Positions 54,442-64,000 of a stretch of 64,000 bases of DNA are shown piece after piece. The stretch is from NCBI GenBank assembly GCA_964641255.1, contig CAZXMM010000001.1:15757-79756 (forward strand), written 5' to 3'. The stretch comes from an uncultured Gammaproteobacteria bacterium (lineage in GTDB: Bacteria > Patescibacteriota > Microgenomatia > JAMCZE01). A program made the translations under genes and the position numbers. Under the pieces are notes generated by a model. It was given only the letters and a program-made list of their open reading frames with translations, had not been told where the DNA came from and searched no databases. Each line of letters starts with the position of its first letter. The first letter of the stretch is position 1.

Positions 54442-56961
54442 ATGCCCAGGAAGAAACAGTCGCCACCCAGTATTGGTACCCGTATTGTCCGTCTCGGCGG
54501 AGAGTTTTTGGTGACCCTGGGTACTCCCTCTCTGTTCATTTTTAAAATTCTTTTTTGGTGCTTTGTCTGGCTAGGCAAAATTACTGTCGAATCAGTCAAG
54601 TCTCTCCCCACTCTTGGCCGCCAAACTACCCGGTGGCTGCAAACCAGACGTAAGCTAGTAGCAAGGGCCACAAAGCGGTTGGCTGCCAACTTAGTTAAGA
54701 GGGGTCGCCATACCCAAATTGCACTCCTAGCCCACAAGAAAAAATTGGACTTACTAATCGCTAAGGCTATAGGACTAAAGGCCAAACTAGGACAATACTT
54801 TACCCAGTTAAACCTTAGACTTAGGATGGAGAGGATTGGCACTAAAACTAAACACCTCTGGAGTCCGATCAAATTCGCTTATCAAGCTCTAACAACTCTA
54901 GCCAATCGTCGCCCTTCTAGTCGCAAGCCTAGTTTGCCCTTGGCCAACGGCTCTTCTCTTCGCACCCGACTAGTCTATCTGGGGATTGGGGCACTAATCT
55001 GTTTTACGTTTGTCTTTATTCCTTTTTGGGTTAAGAGCACTCTGAGTGAACTGCCGAGTCCCCTTGCTCTTACGGCCAGAGAGATTCCAATCGCTACCAA
55101 AATCTATGACCGAAGTGGAATCTTGCTCTATCAGTTTTATGCCGACGAAAACCGGACCCTAGTGGCTCTAGACTCTCTCCCCAACTACGTTGTCAACGCT
55201 ACTGTAGCCATTGAAGACCGCAACTTTTACCGCCACGTTGGCTTTGATCCCCAGGGAATTGTCAGGGCAGCAATAGCTAATAGTAGTGGCGGCCAGATTG
55301 TTCAGGGGGGTTCAACTATTACTCAGCAGTTAATTAAGTCAGCCCTCCTGACCCCCAAACAAAGCATTGATCGCAAACTAAAAGAGGTGTTTTTATCGGT
55401 TTGGACCGAGCGGGTTTATACTAAAAAGCAGATACTGGAGATGTATTTTAACCAGGTAGCCTACGGTGGCACCGCTTACGGTATTAAATCCGCCGCCCAG
55501 ATTTACTTTAATAAAGAACCCAAGGACCTTACTCTTGCCGAAGCCGCTCTTCTAGCCGGACTACCCAGCTCACCCTCAAACTATTCACCCTTTGGCCCCC
55601 ACCCAGAGCTCTCTAAAGAGAGGCAACTACAGGTCTTAAATGCAATGGTGAATCAAGGATACATCACACTGGATCAAGCCAAGGTCGCTCAAAATGAACC
55701 CCTGAATTTTGTTAGCCCGGAAACCTCGATTAAGGCGCCACACTTTGTCATGTATGTAAAAGACTATTTAACCCAAAAGTACGGAAATCGCTTGGTCGAG
55801 CGGGGGGGGCTAGAAGTTACCACCTCGCTTGATTACCCTCTCTACGAGAAGGTCAGTAAAATCATCAAAGAAGGGGTAGAAAAACAGGGTTATCTTAATG
55901 TGGGCAATGCCGCTTCCTTAGTCACCATCCCACAAACTGGAGAAGTTTTAGCTATGGTTGGATCACGCGACTTTTTTGACATCAGCCGCGATGGTAATGT
56001 CAATGTCACCCTCTCTCCGCGCAGTCCCGGATCATCGATCAAACCCCTAACCTTTGCCCTCGCCCTGGAAAAAGGAATCTATACTCCGTCAAGTATCATT
56101 AGCGATACTCCAACTGCTTTCCGCATACCCGGCAGCGCCCCCTACACTCCCAGAAACTATGACGGCAAGACCAGTGGCAACGTCACGATCCGCTCGGCTC
56201 TAGCCCGGTCTCTCAACATTCCCGCTGTTAAGGTGCTCGAGAAAGTCGGCGTTCCTGCTTTTATCGAGTTTGCACAAAAGCTGGGCATTACCACTTTCAA
56301 CGACCCCAATCGCTTCGGTCTCTCGCTCACCCTAGGCGGTGGAGAGGTACTAATGACTGATATGGCCACTGCTTATAGTGCATTCGCAAGTGGTGGGGAA
56401 AAGGTAGAGCTGAAACCGGTTTTGCTAGTCAAAGACTATCGCGGGAACACCTTAGAAGATAATCGTCAAAATAGTAAAAAAACTCGAGTGCTCAGTTCTC
56501 AAACCGCTTTTCTAATCAGTGATATTTTGTCCGATGACAGCGCTCGGGCTGCCACCTTTGGTAGAGGCAGTATTTTAAACATTCCCAACCAAACCGTGGC
56601 AGTCAAAACCGGGACTACCGACGATAAGCGCGACAACTGGACTATTGGTTATACCCCCTCATATTTAGCGGTGGTTTGGGTCGGTAATAATGACAATAGT
56701 CGCATGAGCCAGTCGCTTGAATCGGGTAATACCGGAGCAGCAGCAATTTGGAATCCAATTTTTACTACACTTCTTAAAGATAAGCCCAATCAGGGGTTTG
56801 CTAGACCGGAGAATATTGTTGCCGTCTCGGTCTGTGCTCTAAACGGTCTACTGCCCTGTAGTAACTGTCCACTAGTGCGAACTGAGTATTTCCAAAAAGG
56901 TACCGAGCCGACCAAAGCGTGTAATATTAGTAAAGAGGACCTAGACAAGCCAACGAATTAG
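54442..56961 (+). CDS. Class A penicillin-binding protein with long basic N-terminal extension
   Basis: EDRNFYRHVG, GGSTITQQLIK, SSIKP, SLN, KTGT. Confidence 0.95.
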   Translation: MPRKKQSPPSIGTRIVRLGGEFLVTLGTPSLFIFKILFWCFVWLGKITVESVKSLPTLGRQTTRWLQTRRKLVARATKRLAANLVKRGRHTQIALLAHKKKLDLLIAKAIGLKAKLGQYFTQLNLRLRMERIGTKTKHLWSPIKFAYQALTTLANRRPSSRKPSLPLANGSSLRTRLVYLGIGALICFTFVFIPFWVKSTLSELPSPLALTAREIPIATKIYDRSGILLYQFYADENRTLVALDSLPNYVVNATVAIEDRNFYRHVGFDPQGIVRAAIANSSGGQIVQGGSTITQQLIKSALLTPKQSIDRKLKEVFLSVWTERVYTKKQILEMYFNQVAYGGTAYGIKSAAQIYFNKEPKDLTLAEAALLAGLPSSPSNYSPFGPHPELSKERQLQVLNAMVNQGYITLDQAKVAQNEPLNFVSPETSIKAPHFVMYVKDYLTQKYGNRLVERGGLEVTTSLDYPLYEKVSKIIKEGVEKQGYLNVGNAASLVTIPQTGEVLAMVGSRDFFDISRDGNVNVTLSPRSPGSSIKPLTFALALEKGIYTPSSIISDTPTAFRIPGSAPYTPRNYDGKTSGNVTIRSALARSLNIPAVKVLEKVGVPAFIEFAQKLGITTFNDPNRFGLSLTLGGGEVLMTDMATAYSAFASGGEKVELKPVLLVKDYRGNTLEDNRQNSKKTRVLSSQTAFLISDILSDDSARAATFGRGSILNIPNQTVAVKTGTTDDKRDNWTIGYTPSYLAVVWVGNNDNSRMSQSLESGNTGAAAIWNPIFTTLLKDKPNQGFARPENIVAVSVCALNGLLPCSNCPLVRTEYFQKGTEPTKACNISKEDLDKPTN

Positions 56962-56968
56962 CTTAAAT

Positions 56969-57535
56969 ATGCCTGTCCACAAACTGACCACTGAAGAATT
57001 GGTAGCTAAGAAGCCTCCAATCAAGAATTTTCGAGCCAAAAAGCGGCGGCCAATTGTTTTTATTCTCCACAACCTTCGCTCACTTGAAAATGTAGGACTC
57101 TTTTTTCGTCTCGCTGATGCTTTTTTGGTGGAGAAAATTTATTTAACAGGCTATACCGGTTACCCCAGACTTAAATCTGATTCCCGTGAGGAAAGAATTA
57201 TTAGTCACGCGGAAAAAGAAATTAATAAGACTGCTATCAAGCTAGTACCCTACGTTCCCTGGGAACATAGAAATAGTGGTATGGACGTTGTTACCGAGCT
57301 TAAAGAGCGAGGCTACCAAATCCTCAGCGTTGAACAGACTACAACCAGCATTGACTACCAATCACCCATCTACCACCCCCCATTAGCCCTTATATTTGGC
57401 CACGAGAGAACTGGAGTGGAAGAAGATTTATTGTTAGCTTCGGATGCTATAGTTAATATTCCCATGCTGGGCATGGGTAATTCCCACAACGTAGCTATGG
57501 CCGGCGCTATAATTATTAGTCACCTCATCCACTAA
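56969..57535 (+). CDS. TrmH/SpoU family RNA methyltransferase
   Basis: NVGLFFRLADA, FGHERTG, IPMLG..NSHNVA. Confidence 0.9.
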   Translation: MPVHKLTTEELVAKKPPIKNFRAKKRRPIVFILHNLRSLENVGLFFRLADAFLVEKIYLTGYTGYPRLKSDSREERIISHAEKEINKTAIKLVPYVPWEHRNSGMDVVTELKERGYQILSVEQTTTSIDYQSPIYHPPLALIFGHERTGVEEDLLLASDAIVNIPMLGMGNSHNVAMAGAIIISHLIH

Positions 57536-57569
57536 GTATGGTAGGATGCTAAGTACCCATAAATAAGCT

Positions 57570-58547
57570 ATGAATAAATCCTATTTTGCGTTTATCTTCG
57601 GATTGTTAGTCATAATTATCGCGATTGTGGCCTTTGCTTATAGTAAAAGTGGTCCCACTCCGGCCAAGCAGACACTCCCACCCCCTACTATTCTAGAAGC
57701 CAGCCCCGCTACCTCCAGCGCTTCTACTAACCAAAATGCTATACCGCTAATTATTAAATCTCCTAAAGATAAGGCCGAAGTAAAATCCAGCTTTCTGTCA
57801 GTCGAGGGTATCACTGTCCCCAACGCCGACGTGTCTGTTAATAGTAAAGATCTACTTTCTGATGCTGACGGAAAATTTAAGACCACTATTATTTTAGACA
57901 TCGGAGAGAACCCGTTGATTGTCTTTGCGTCCGACACTCTGGGTAACACGGCAGTTTGGGAAGGAACTGTAGATTACGAATCTGACACTACCGACTTTGC
58001 CGACCCGACTCCCGAAGCTACTCCTACTACTCTGGTCACCCCACTGACAATAGCTAAGGTGCGAGGAATATTAGAGTCTAGCTCGGCCGGGCAACTGATT
58101 ATGCAGGCTGAAAACAATTTCTACACCATTAATCTAGCCGGCAGCACCCGGCTGGTCAAACGCTTTGGAGGTAAAATTTTAGTCAGTGACCTTAACCCTG
58201 GAGACGAATTGTATGTTGTAGGGACCTTTGTGGGAGTAGAAAAAAATACTGTTAATGCCCTTTTGGTCCGTAATCTTAGTAATAAAACACGGCTGACTCA
58301 TTTTTTAACCAGTATCGAAAAGATTACCCCAACCCAAACTTTTCTACTAGCTACTGGCCAGACTGTTAGTATTACTAGTACTACCACTCTAACCAATCGG
58401 CTAGGCGAACCCTTGAGCCTTAGCCATTTCCGGCCTCAAGATAAAATTAAGATCTGGGGGGACTTTAACCCCGTTAACCAGCGGGTGGGAAAGATAAGCA
58501 TGATTGCTAACTTAGTATTACCACTAACTTCTTTAGAGAATCGTTAA
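57570..58547 (+). CDS. Membrane-anchored protein with Ig-like and OB-like repeats
   Basis: N-terminal TM; SP.D...V.G.T.P...V.VN; DLNPGD repeats. Confidence 0.7.
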   Translation: MNKSYFAFIFGLLVIIIAIVAFAYSKSGPTPAKQTLPPPTILEASPATSSASTNQNAIPLIIKSPKDKAEVKSSFLSVEGITVPNADVSVNSKDLLSDADGKFKTTIILDIGENPLIVFASDTLGNTAVWEGTVDYESDTTDFADPTPEATPTTLVTPLTIAKVRGILESSSAGQLIMQAENNFYTINLAGSTRLVKRFGGKILVSDLNPGDELYVVGTFVGVEKNTVNALLVRNLSNKTRLTHFLTSIEKITPTQTFLLATGQTVSITSTTTLTNRLGEPLSLSHFRPQDKIKIWGDFNPVNQRVGKISMIANLVLPLTSLENR

Positions 58548-58772
58548 GGCTAAGAAGAAAAGAAACACCACAACCAGGATATGCAAAATTGCAATTAAGC
58601 GGATAAATGGAGAAACGCTACTATTGAGAGTCTGGGACATGAGGGACGACTCGCGGTAAACGACTAGAGCAAAAATGAAGTAAAAAAACACTAACACCAG
58701 GATAAAAATCTTAAACAAGACGGCTACTTGGAATAAAGTAAGTACCAGGTTAATAATTTCTTCAACGGACAT
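58533..58772 (-). CDS. Small membrane protein (DUF5657-like)
   Basis: YFIFALVVYRE..LM.QTL. Confidence 0.65.
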   Translation of the reverse strand: MSVEEIINLVLTLFQVAVLFKIFILVLVFFYFIFALVVYRESSLMSQTLNSSVSPFIRLIAILHILVVVFLFFLALTIL

Positions 58773-58773
58773 A

Positions 58774-59505
58774 TTAATTCTCCATTTCTTCTTCTTGGAT
58801 CTGCATTAATTCCTGCAGTTTTCTAACTACCAAATCTGGGTGGGCAATATTGTCAAACTCTACGTTACGTTCTTCCCCTGCTGTTTGGGCATAAACGGTG
58901 CCGTAATCGAATAACCCCTGCAAAACACCGTGCCGCACTGATTTAACATCTTCCAGCTTAGAAATTCTGGTATTCGTTACGTCGTGGCTAGTGAGAGTGA
59001 TCCAGTCAACGTCAACAATTCTTTCGTTTGTAATAATACCAACGTTAAAGTACCAAAAAAGGATTTTTAAAAATGAGTAGGAAAACAGTCCCATATACCA
59101 AAATAAGGTAAGAAAGAAAACAAAGTTGACAAATCCAAACGGAACTAAACCAGTAAGACTGACCAGGGGAATAACTACGAACGGGAGTAGGGATCCTAAA
59201 ACTGTTAGAAGCAACCAAGGAACATTGGTGATTAGGTGAGCCCGAAGCACCAGAACAATATCCTCTCCCGGTAACTCTCCAGCAAAATGAATATTTTTAG
59301 GAAAAGCTAAAAACGTCGACATTGGGGTCTTACCAGAAATATGGCGCAGGTCCTCGTCGGTTGTAGATTCCTCGGGAAATCTGGGGTCACGTTTAATTTT
59401 AAGCTCAGTTGGGGAGGGTCCCGAGCTAACCGCAGGTTCTATAGTTACTTCTGAAACCTTGGGGTCTGGCTCCTTACTATCAACACTAATTCTGGTTCGG
59501 GGCAT
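58774..59505 (-). CDS. Membrane protein with bacterial PH domain
   Basis: GEDIVLVLRAH, IITNERIVD, FDYGTVYAQTAG. Confidence 0.82.
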   Translation of the reverse strand: MPRTRISVDSKEPDPKVSEVTIEPAVSSGPSPTELKIKRDPRFPEESTTDEDLRHISGKTPMSTFLAFPKNIHFAGELPGEDIVLVLRAHLITNVPWLLLTVLGSLLPFVVIPLVSLTGLVPFGFVNFVFFLTLFWYMGLFSYSFLKILFWYFNVGIITNERIVDVDWITLTSHDVTNTRISKLEDVKSVRHGVLQGLFDYGTVYAQTAGEERNVEFDNIAHPDLVVRKLQELMQIQEEEMEN

Positions 59506-59526
59506 AACAATAGTATAGCAGAGTTT

Positions 59527-61227
59527 TTACTTTTTCATGATATCAAATAATGAGCTGGGCAAGTAAATCTCTCCTGGCGCCCGAATATTAAAAACCTCAC
59601 GAAAGTCGCTGCCATTTAGCGCATGACCATTAATGATTACTGAGCTAGTGTAGCCTCCAGTACTATAGGAAACGCTGACACTGGAGACTTCAGAAATAGC
59701 ATCCCCACCCAAACGACTTCGTACCTCATCTCGACTCCAGGTATCAGGGTTGGCTTTATCGGTTTGCCCCAAATGCGACAGATTGCCACGGTCTTTGATA
59801 TAGAGTAGGGTTGCATTAATAATGTCTACAAACTCCTCTTTGGTCAGCCAGGGATGAGACCGCGAACCACTGCCTCCCCGAGGCTTGTACCAGGCTTTGT
59901 AAAACCAGGGAGAGCCAGCAATTTTTTCATAGGCGTCACCAGTCCAGCACGACTGGTTACCACACTTAGTGTCCCAGCCTCCAGGAGTGTTATAACCACC
60001 GGAAGAGGCTGCGTAGTAGGCAGAGTGGGGATTACCGCCCGAAACGAGAACTTTGCCGCTCGTATCATTAACCGCCCGCTCCCAATTTCCCCCTTTGGCA
60101 TTAGGCTGAAAAACCTGACAAGACTCGGTAGCACAAATGGGCTTTGATCCATTGTTAGTATAGGCCAGGGCGTAGGACCTAGCGGCCACCGCTTGGGCCT
60201 TGAGCGCTTCGTAGCCCCCACTATCTCCCCAGGAATTTGGGACCTCATAAATCCGCTTTACGTAATCCTCAATGGCATAGTCACCGTAGCCAGAAACTGT
60301 AATTCTGACTTCTCTTAAGTGATCAGATTTTAATTCTGTTCCCGGATAATAAGCGGCTAAGATCTGTTCGTAATTCTGGCCCTCTTTGGCTCGACCGTAG
60401 GCTCCGTACTGACTCATACCTTTGCGATGGGGTGCTCCAAAAGAAAAAGCGGCAAAAGCCGGAGAAAACCCAGGGTTAAAATCGGGCCGGCTCGCCGGAT
60501 CGTCAGTTTGGGGAACATCTCCGACACTAGTGGAAAAATTGCCGGTTTTTTCAGCCAGTAATTGCTTCTGTCTAGCCGATAGTGTCCCCACCGTATTGGT
60601 TAGTTGGGTCTGGTAGGATTTGGCACTACTAACTAGAGTTCTAATTGGAGCCAGCACAGTTTGTAAGCTTGCCCGCTTATCACTTAGCCACCTCTGGGTC
60701 TCTTCTAGCTGTTTTTTAGCTTTGGCCAAGTCACTTATTTCAATAACCAGTGTTGTAATCAACTGCTTTTGTTGATTAATCAAACTTTGGCGGTAGCCAA
60801 GGACTTGAATCGAGTCCCCAACGTTACTACCAGCCAATATCCCGCTTAGCCACATGTCAAAAGGAGACTGGTAATCTTTTTTGTAGTGATCTCTTACCTG
60901 AGTTTCCAACAGCTTGTGACGAAGCCCTAACTTTTGTTCGTTAGTAGCTATTTCGGTCTGTTTTTTAGTGATTTGGGTGGTCAGGGTTTGAACATTAGCA
61001 TCGATAATTGCAATGTCTCGTTCCAGATCCTTGAGTTTTTCTTCATGGGGCTTGGTCGCATTTACTGAGGTAGAAATGAGCTTTTGGCACTCCTCAATTT
61101 TTGACTGCAGCGTCTTGTCATCATCTCCATCTTTTGGCCCACTGCATTCAGCGGCAAGAACCAAGCCAGGGATTACTAGTGAGGTAAACAGAATAAGGAC
61201 GGCGGCAGCAATGAGCAGGTGACGCAT
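59527..61227 (-). CDS. Coiled-coil plus SpoIID/LytB domain cell-wall protein
   Basis: Signal peptide, coiled coil, HRKGMSQYGA, ALKAQAVAARSY. Confidence 0.85.
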   Translation of the reverse strand: MRHLLIAAAVLILFTSLVIPGLVLAAECSGPKDGDDDKTLQSKIEECQKLISTSVNATKPHEEKLKDLERDIAIIDANVQTLTTQITKKQTEIATNEQKLGLRHKLLETQVRDHYKKDYQSPFDMWLSGILAGSNVGDSIQVLGYRQSLINQQKQLITTLVIEISDLAKAKKQLEETQRWLSDKRASLQTVLAPIRTLVSSAKSYQTQLTNTVGTLSARQKQLLAEKTGNFSTSVGDVPQTDDPASRPDFNPGFSPAFAAFSFGAPHRKGMSQYGAYGRAKEGQNYEQILAAYYPGTELKSDHLREVRITVSGYGDYAIEDYVKRIYEVPNSWGDSGGYEALKAQAVAARSYALAYTNNGSKPICATESCQVFQPNAKGGNWERAVNDTSGKVLVSGGNPHSAYYAASSGGYNTPGGWDTKCGNQSCWTGDAYEKIAGSPWFYKAWYKPRGGSGSRSHPWLTKEEFVDIINATLLYIKDRGNLSHLGQTDKANPDTWSRDEVRSRLGGDAISEVSSVSVSYSTGGYTSSVIINGHALNGSDFREVFNIRAPGEIYLPSSLFDIMKK

Positions 61228-61238
61228 ATGTAGGCTCG

Positions 61239-63059
61239 CTAGTTACTCGAAATCTTCCCTAGTTTTTTTGCTAGTGCTTCAATTTCACTGACTGCTTGGT
61301 CAATTTCGCCCAATCCTTTATCCCAAAACGCTTCATCGGTTATATCGACTCCCATTCTGGCAAAAATATTCTTTGGCGAGTCAGAAATACCCGCGGCCAA
61401 AAATTCTTTGACTTTACTAATAAATGTGGGGTCTGTTTTAACCGAGGTTTGCAGTGCCTTAGAGATGAGACTGCCAGAGGCATAGGAATAGACGTAAAAG
61501 AAGTTGCGAATATGACTCCAATACACCCACCAATTTTCCGATCCCTCCGATAGCTCAACAAAATCTCCCAGATACTCAGCCATATATTTTTTGAAGAGCG
61601 CTCCAATTTCTTTATGGGATAAATAGCCCTTTTCCCGAACGCTTTTGTGCGCCGCTTGCTCAAACCGATAACAAGCCACCTGTCTAAAAGTTGAAGCGAT
61701 TTCTTCGTCCAGAGTACTCAGAAGCAGCGAAAGTCGCATTTCATCGTCAGCTTCTTTCATCAGTTCCCTTAAAACGAAGTCTTCCATAAAGGTACTAGCC
61801 ACCTCGGCCGTAGCTAAAGAAAGCGCAAAGTTTAGAGCGTTTTGCTTTTCTTTGATGAGTTCATAATTGATGGCGTGTCCGAATTCGTGGGCCAGTGTGG
61901 TAACGTCTCTTAGCCTCTCACTGTGGTTAAGAAGAACATAGGTTGGGGAGCCGATCAGATCGTGAGAACAAAACGCCCCACTTTCTTTGCCTTTCTTGGG
62001 GAAAACGTCTACACAGCCATTTTCGTGAGCGGTCATTAAAATTTTTGCAAACTGCGGGTCTAGTCCCTCAAAGACTCGGCGCACCAATTCCAGCGATTGC
62101 TCATAGGGATACTTTACCTTGACACTTCCGTAGGTTGCTCCTCTTTCGTAATACTTAAGCTTGTCTTGTCCCAGAATCTTTGCTTTGATACCAAAGTAGC
62201 GGTGAGCAATGGCGTTGTTTTTGGTCACTGCAGCGACTAATACGTCCACCACGCTACTCTCAAGGTCGTCTGACAAATGTCGCGCGAGGTCCGGTCGGTC
62301 TCTACCTCTTAGTTCATCCTCGATCTTCCAATTATTGATAATAGCGTTGTACTCGGCTTCCGTAACTTTGACCTGTCTCTTAAGAATTGTGTTGACAGCT
62401 TTGCCGGCACTATCACGAACCGCCTTGTCAGGGCTATTAACCAGTTTCAAAAGCTTACTAAAGGGAAGTTTTTCTTTTTTTCCTTCTTCAGTAAGTGCCA
62501 CTTCTTCTTCATCAGCAATAAAACCGCTAACCATATCCACCCAATTACTGTGAGAGGTGGCCCACTTTAGGTTAATAATCTTTTCCTCGGGGTCGGAGAG
62601 AAGATATTTTCCTTGCAGAAAAAGTTTTTCCAGATAGTGTTTATAGGGACTAAGCAGTGGGGAAGCAAGGAACTTGGCTTGAGACTCTTTATCCACCTTT
62701 CCCAGCTTAAGAGTAAAAAATTGAATAGCATTAGAAATTGTGTTGCCGAGATCGTTAGCCTTTTGCAGTCTGGCTTTTAACCCAGCATTGACCTGGTCGA
62801 GCTCCTTTTTTAAACCGTAGTAGTGTCCTAAGTTTCCGTTAACTCCCGATACTTTTACCCAATACTCATATTCATCCAGCGCTTCTCTTAGTACCCGCTC
62901 ATCGGTCAAATAGTCCTCTCTGTCTTTCCACTTGTTAATGAATTGGTGGCTTTCTTCTTCGACCCGCTTTTTTTCTGCCTCAAAGGTTGCATCGCTATCA
63001 TTTTGCAAAAGTGGAGTTAAATCCCATTGGGTTTTAATAGATGTCTGGGGCTTTTTCAT
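61239..63059 (-). CDS. pepF: M3 family oligoendopeptidase F
   Basis: WDL..L, GKESGAF, TLAHEFGH, AEVAS, HI..FFYVYSYA. Confidence 0.9.
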   Translation of the reverse strand: MKKPQTSIKTQWDLTPLLQNDSDATFEAEKKRVEEESHQFINKWKDREDYLTDERVLREALDEYEYWVKVSGVNGNLGHYYGLKKELDQVNAGLKARLQKANDLGNTISNAIQFFTLKLGKVDKESQAKFLASPLLSPYKHYLEKLFLQGKYLLSDPEEKIINLKWATSHSNWVDMVSGFIADEEEVALTEEGKKEKLPFSKLLKLVNSPDKAVRDSAGKAVNTILKRQVKVTEAEYNAIINNWKIEDELRGRDRPDLARHLSDDLESSVVDVLVAAVTKNNAIAHRYFGIKAKILGQDKLKYYERGATYGSVKVKYPYEQSLELVRRVFEGLDPQFAKILMTAHENGCVDVFPKKGKESGAFCSHDLIGSPTYVLLNHSERLRDVTTLAHEFGHAINYELIKEKQNALNFALSLATAEVASTFMEDFVLRELMKEADDEMRLSLLLSTLDEEIASTFRQVACYRFEQAAHKSVREKGYLSHKEIGALFKKYMAEYLGDFVELSEGSENWWVYWSHIRNFFYVYSYASGSLISKALQTSVKTDPTFISKVKEFLAAGISDSPKNIFARMGVDITDEAFWDKGLGEIDQAVSEIEALAKKLGKISSN

Positions 63060-63078
63060 TTAGTTATTTTAACACTTT

Positions 63079-63927
63079 TTACCTCGCTGTTTTGAGCCGG
63101 CTGGCGAACCGTTGCATTACAACTAAAGAAAGATCGGTCGGATGAAAAAAAGCGTAGCCTAAGGCAAAGCGCTCATTGGTGATCTTAGAATTCATGTACC
63201 ACCTTTGGGCGATAAAGGTAAGCAGCTCAAAAGGCAGGCCAGCAATAGTCCAAAAGGAGGCACGATAGGTGCTAAGTGGTTTTGCTCTTTTGGCCAATAG
63301 CCATAACTGTTGGTACTTTCGGGGCAAAAAAACTTTAGTCCAAGCGTTGACCTTTAGCCACTGTTTGTTAATGCTCCGTTTATCAATAAGACATTTAGCC
63401 TGTAGGACTTCGTGGGCGGTGTAAATATTTTTCTGGCCAATACTTAGATGGTTACTGTCTAAATAAATGTTGGTGCAGAATTTATTTTTAGTCACCACAT
63501 CGCTGCGATAAAGCTTGGCCAATTTTAAGATCACCACTACTATCAACCTGGTCAACCACACGGTGTGGGGCACGGTCACAATCATTAGATCAATATCGGC
63601 CTCTTCTTTAGCATTTCCTACTGCCACCGAGCCGGTAAGAAAAATAGCTAGGACAGATGGGAGGCGCCCAAGGGCCAGAGCTACAGTTTGGGCGAGTAGG
63701 AATTTTTTTTGGGAAATAGCTGCTCTCTCCTTACGCCACTGCGAAAGTTTTTCTCGGCCAATTAGTGTCAGATGCCCATTTTTCAGCACTACTCTTTTGT
63801 CGCCCTTGGGTTGCTTCCCTTCATTATCAGTTGTAATCGCCCATAGCTTAGCTTCTGCTCTGGTGAGGGAAAAAGAGAATAAATCCGCGTAGACCACTGC
63901 CAAAAACTCATTGTAACTCAGCTTCAT
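63079..63927 (-). CDS. Nucleotidyltransferase-domain protein (CPR type)
   Basis: TGSVAVGNAKEEADIDL, KFCTN, IYTAHE. Confidence 0.8.
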   Translation of the reverse strand: MKLSYNEFLAVVYADLFSFSLTRAEAKLWAITTDNEGKQPKGDKRVVLKNGHLTLIGREKLSQWRKERAAISQKKFLLAQTVALALGRLPSVLAIFLTGSVAVGNAKEEADIDLMIVTVPHTVWLTRLIVVVILKLAKLYRSDVVTKNKFCTNIYLDSNHLSIGQKNIYTAHEVLQAKCLIDKRSINKQWLKVNAWTKVFLPRKYQQLWLLAKRAKPLSTYRASFWTIAGLPFELLTFIAQRWYMNSKITNERFALGYAFFHPTDLSLVVMQRFASRLKTAR

Positions 63928-64000
63928 TGGCGCTATTATACTAGGGCCTATGCTTAAATCACTTAGTAAACTGCCAGAATGGCGCATCCTGGGGTTTATG

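Overview
Chromosomal window from a small-genome bacterium. Gene content and style suggest Patescibacteria/CPR, probably Microgenomates (inference). The backbone is housekeeping: recF, mutM, 5'-3' exonuclease, ftsH, trpS with a T-box leader, nrdR-nrdA-nrdB (class Ic signature), a glycolysis/pentose-phosphate/glycerate cluster, two class A PBPs and pepF. Three tRNAs are present: an initiator-like Met(CAU) with a 203-nt group I intron, a second Met(CAU) and Ile(UAU). Two accessory regions stand out. (1) At 14005-21075 a large-serine-recombinase element sits in the 3' end of the intron-containing tRNA. It is followed by three single-gene cassettes separated by four ~29-bp repeats. Each repeat ends in the tRNA 3' terminus and, on the minus strand, encodes an alternative recombinase C-terminal tail (LRG[MV]EEIRN[LWY]F). 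This resembles a tRNA-anchored, integron-like cassette array. (2) At 1117-4368 an MFS / TrmB-regulator / PvcA-DIT1-like enzyme module has a 68-nt tRNA(Ala)/tmRNA-like mini RNA two nucleotides upstream of the enzyme start codon. All calls were made by eye from sequence motifs; no database searches were run.
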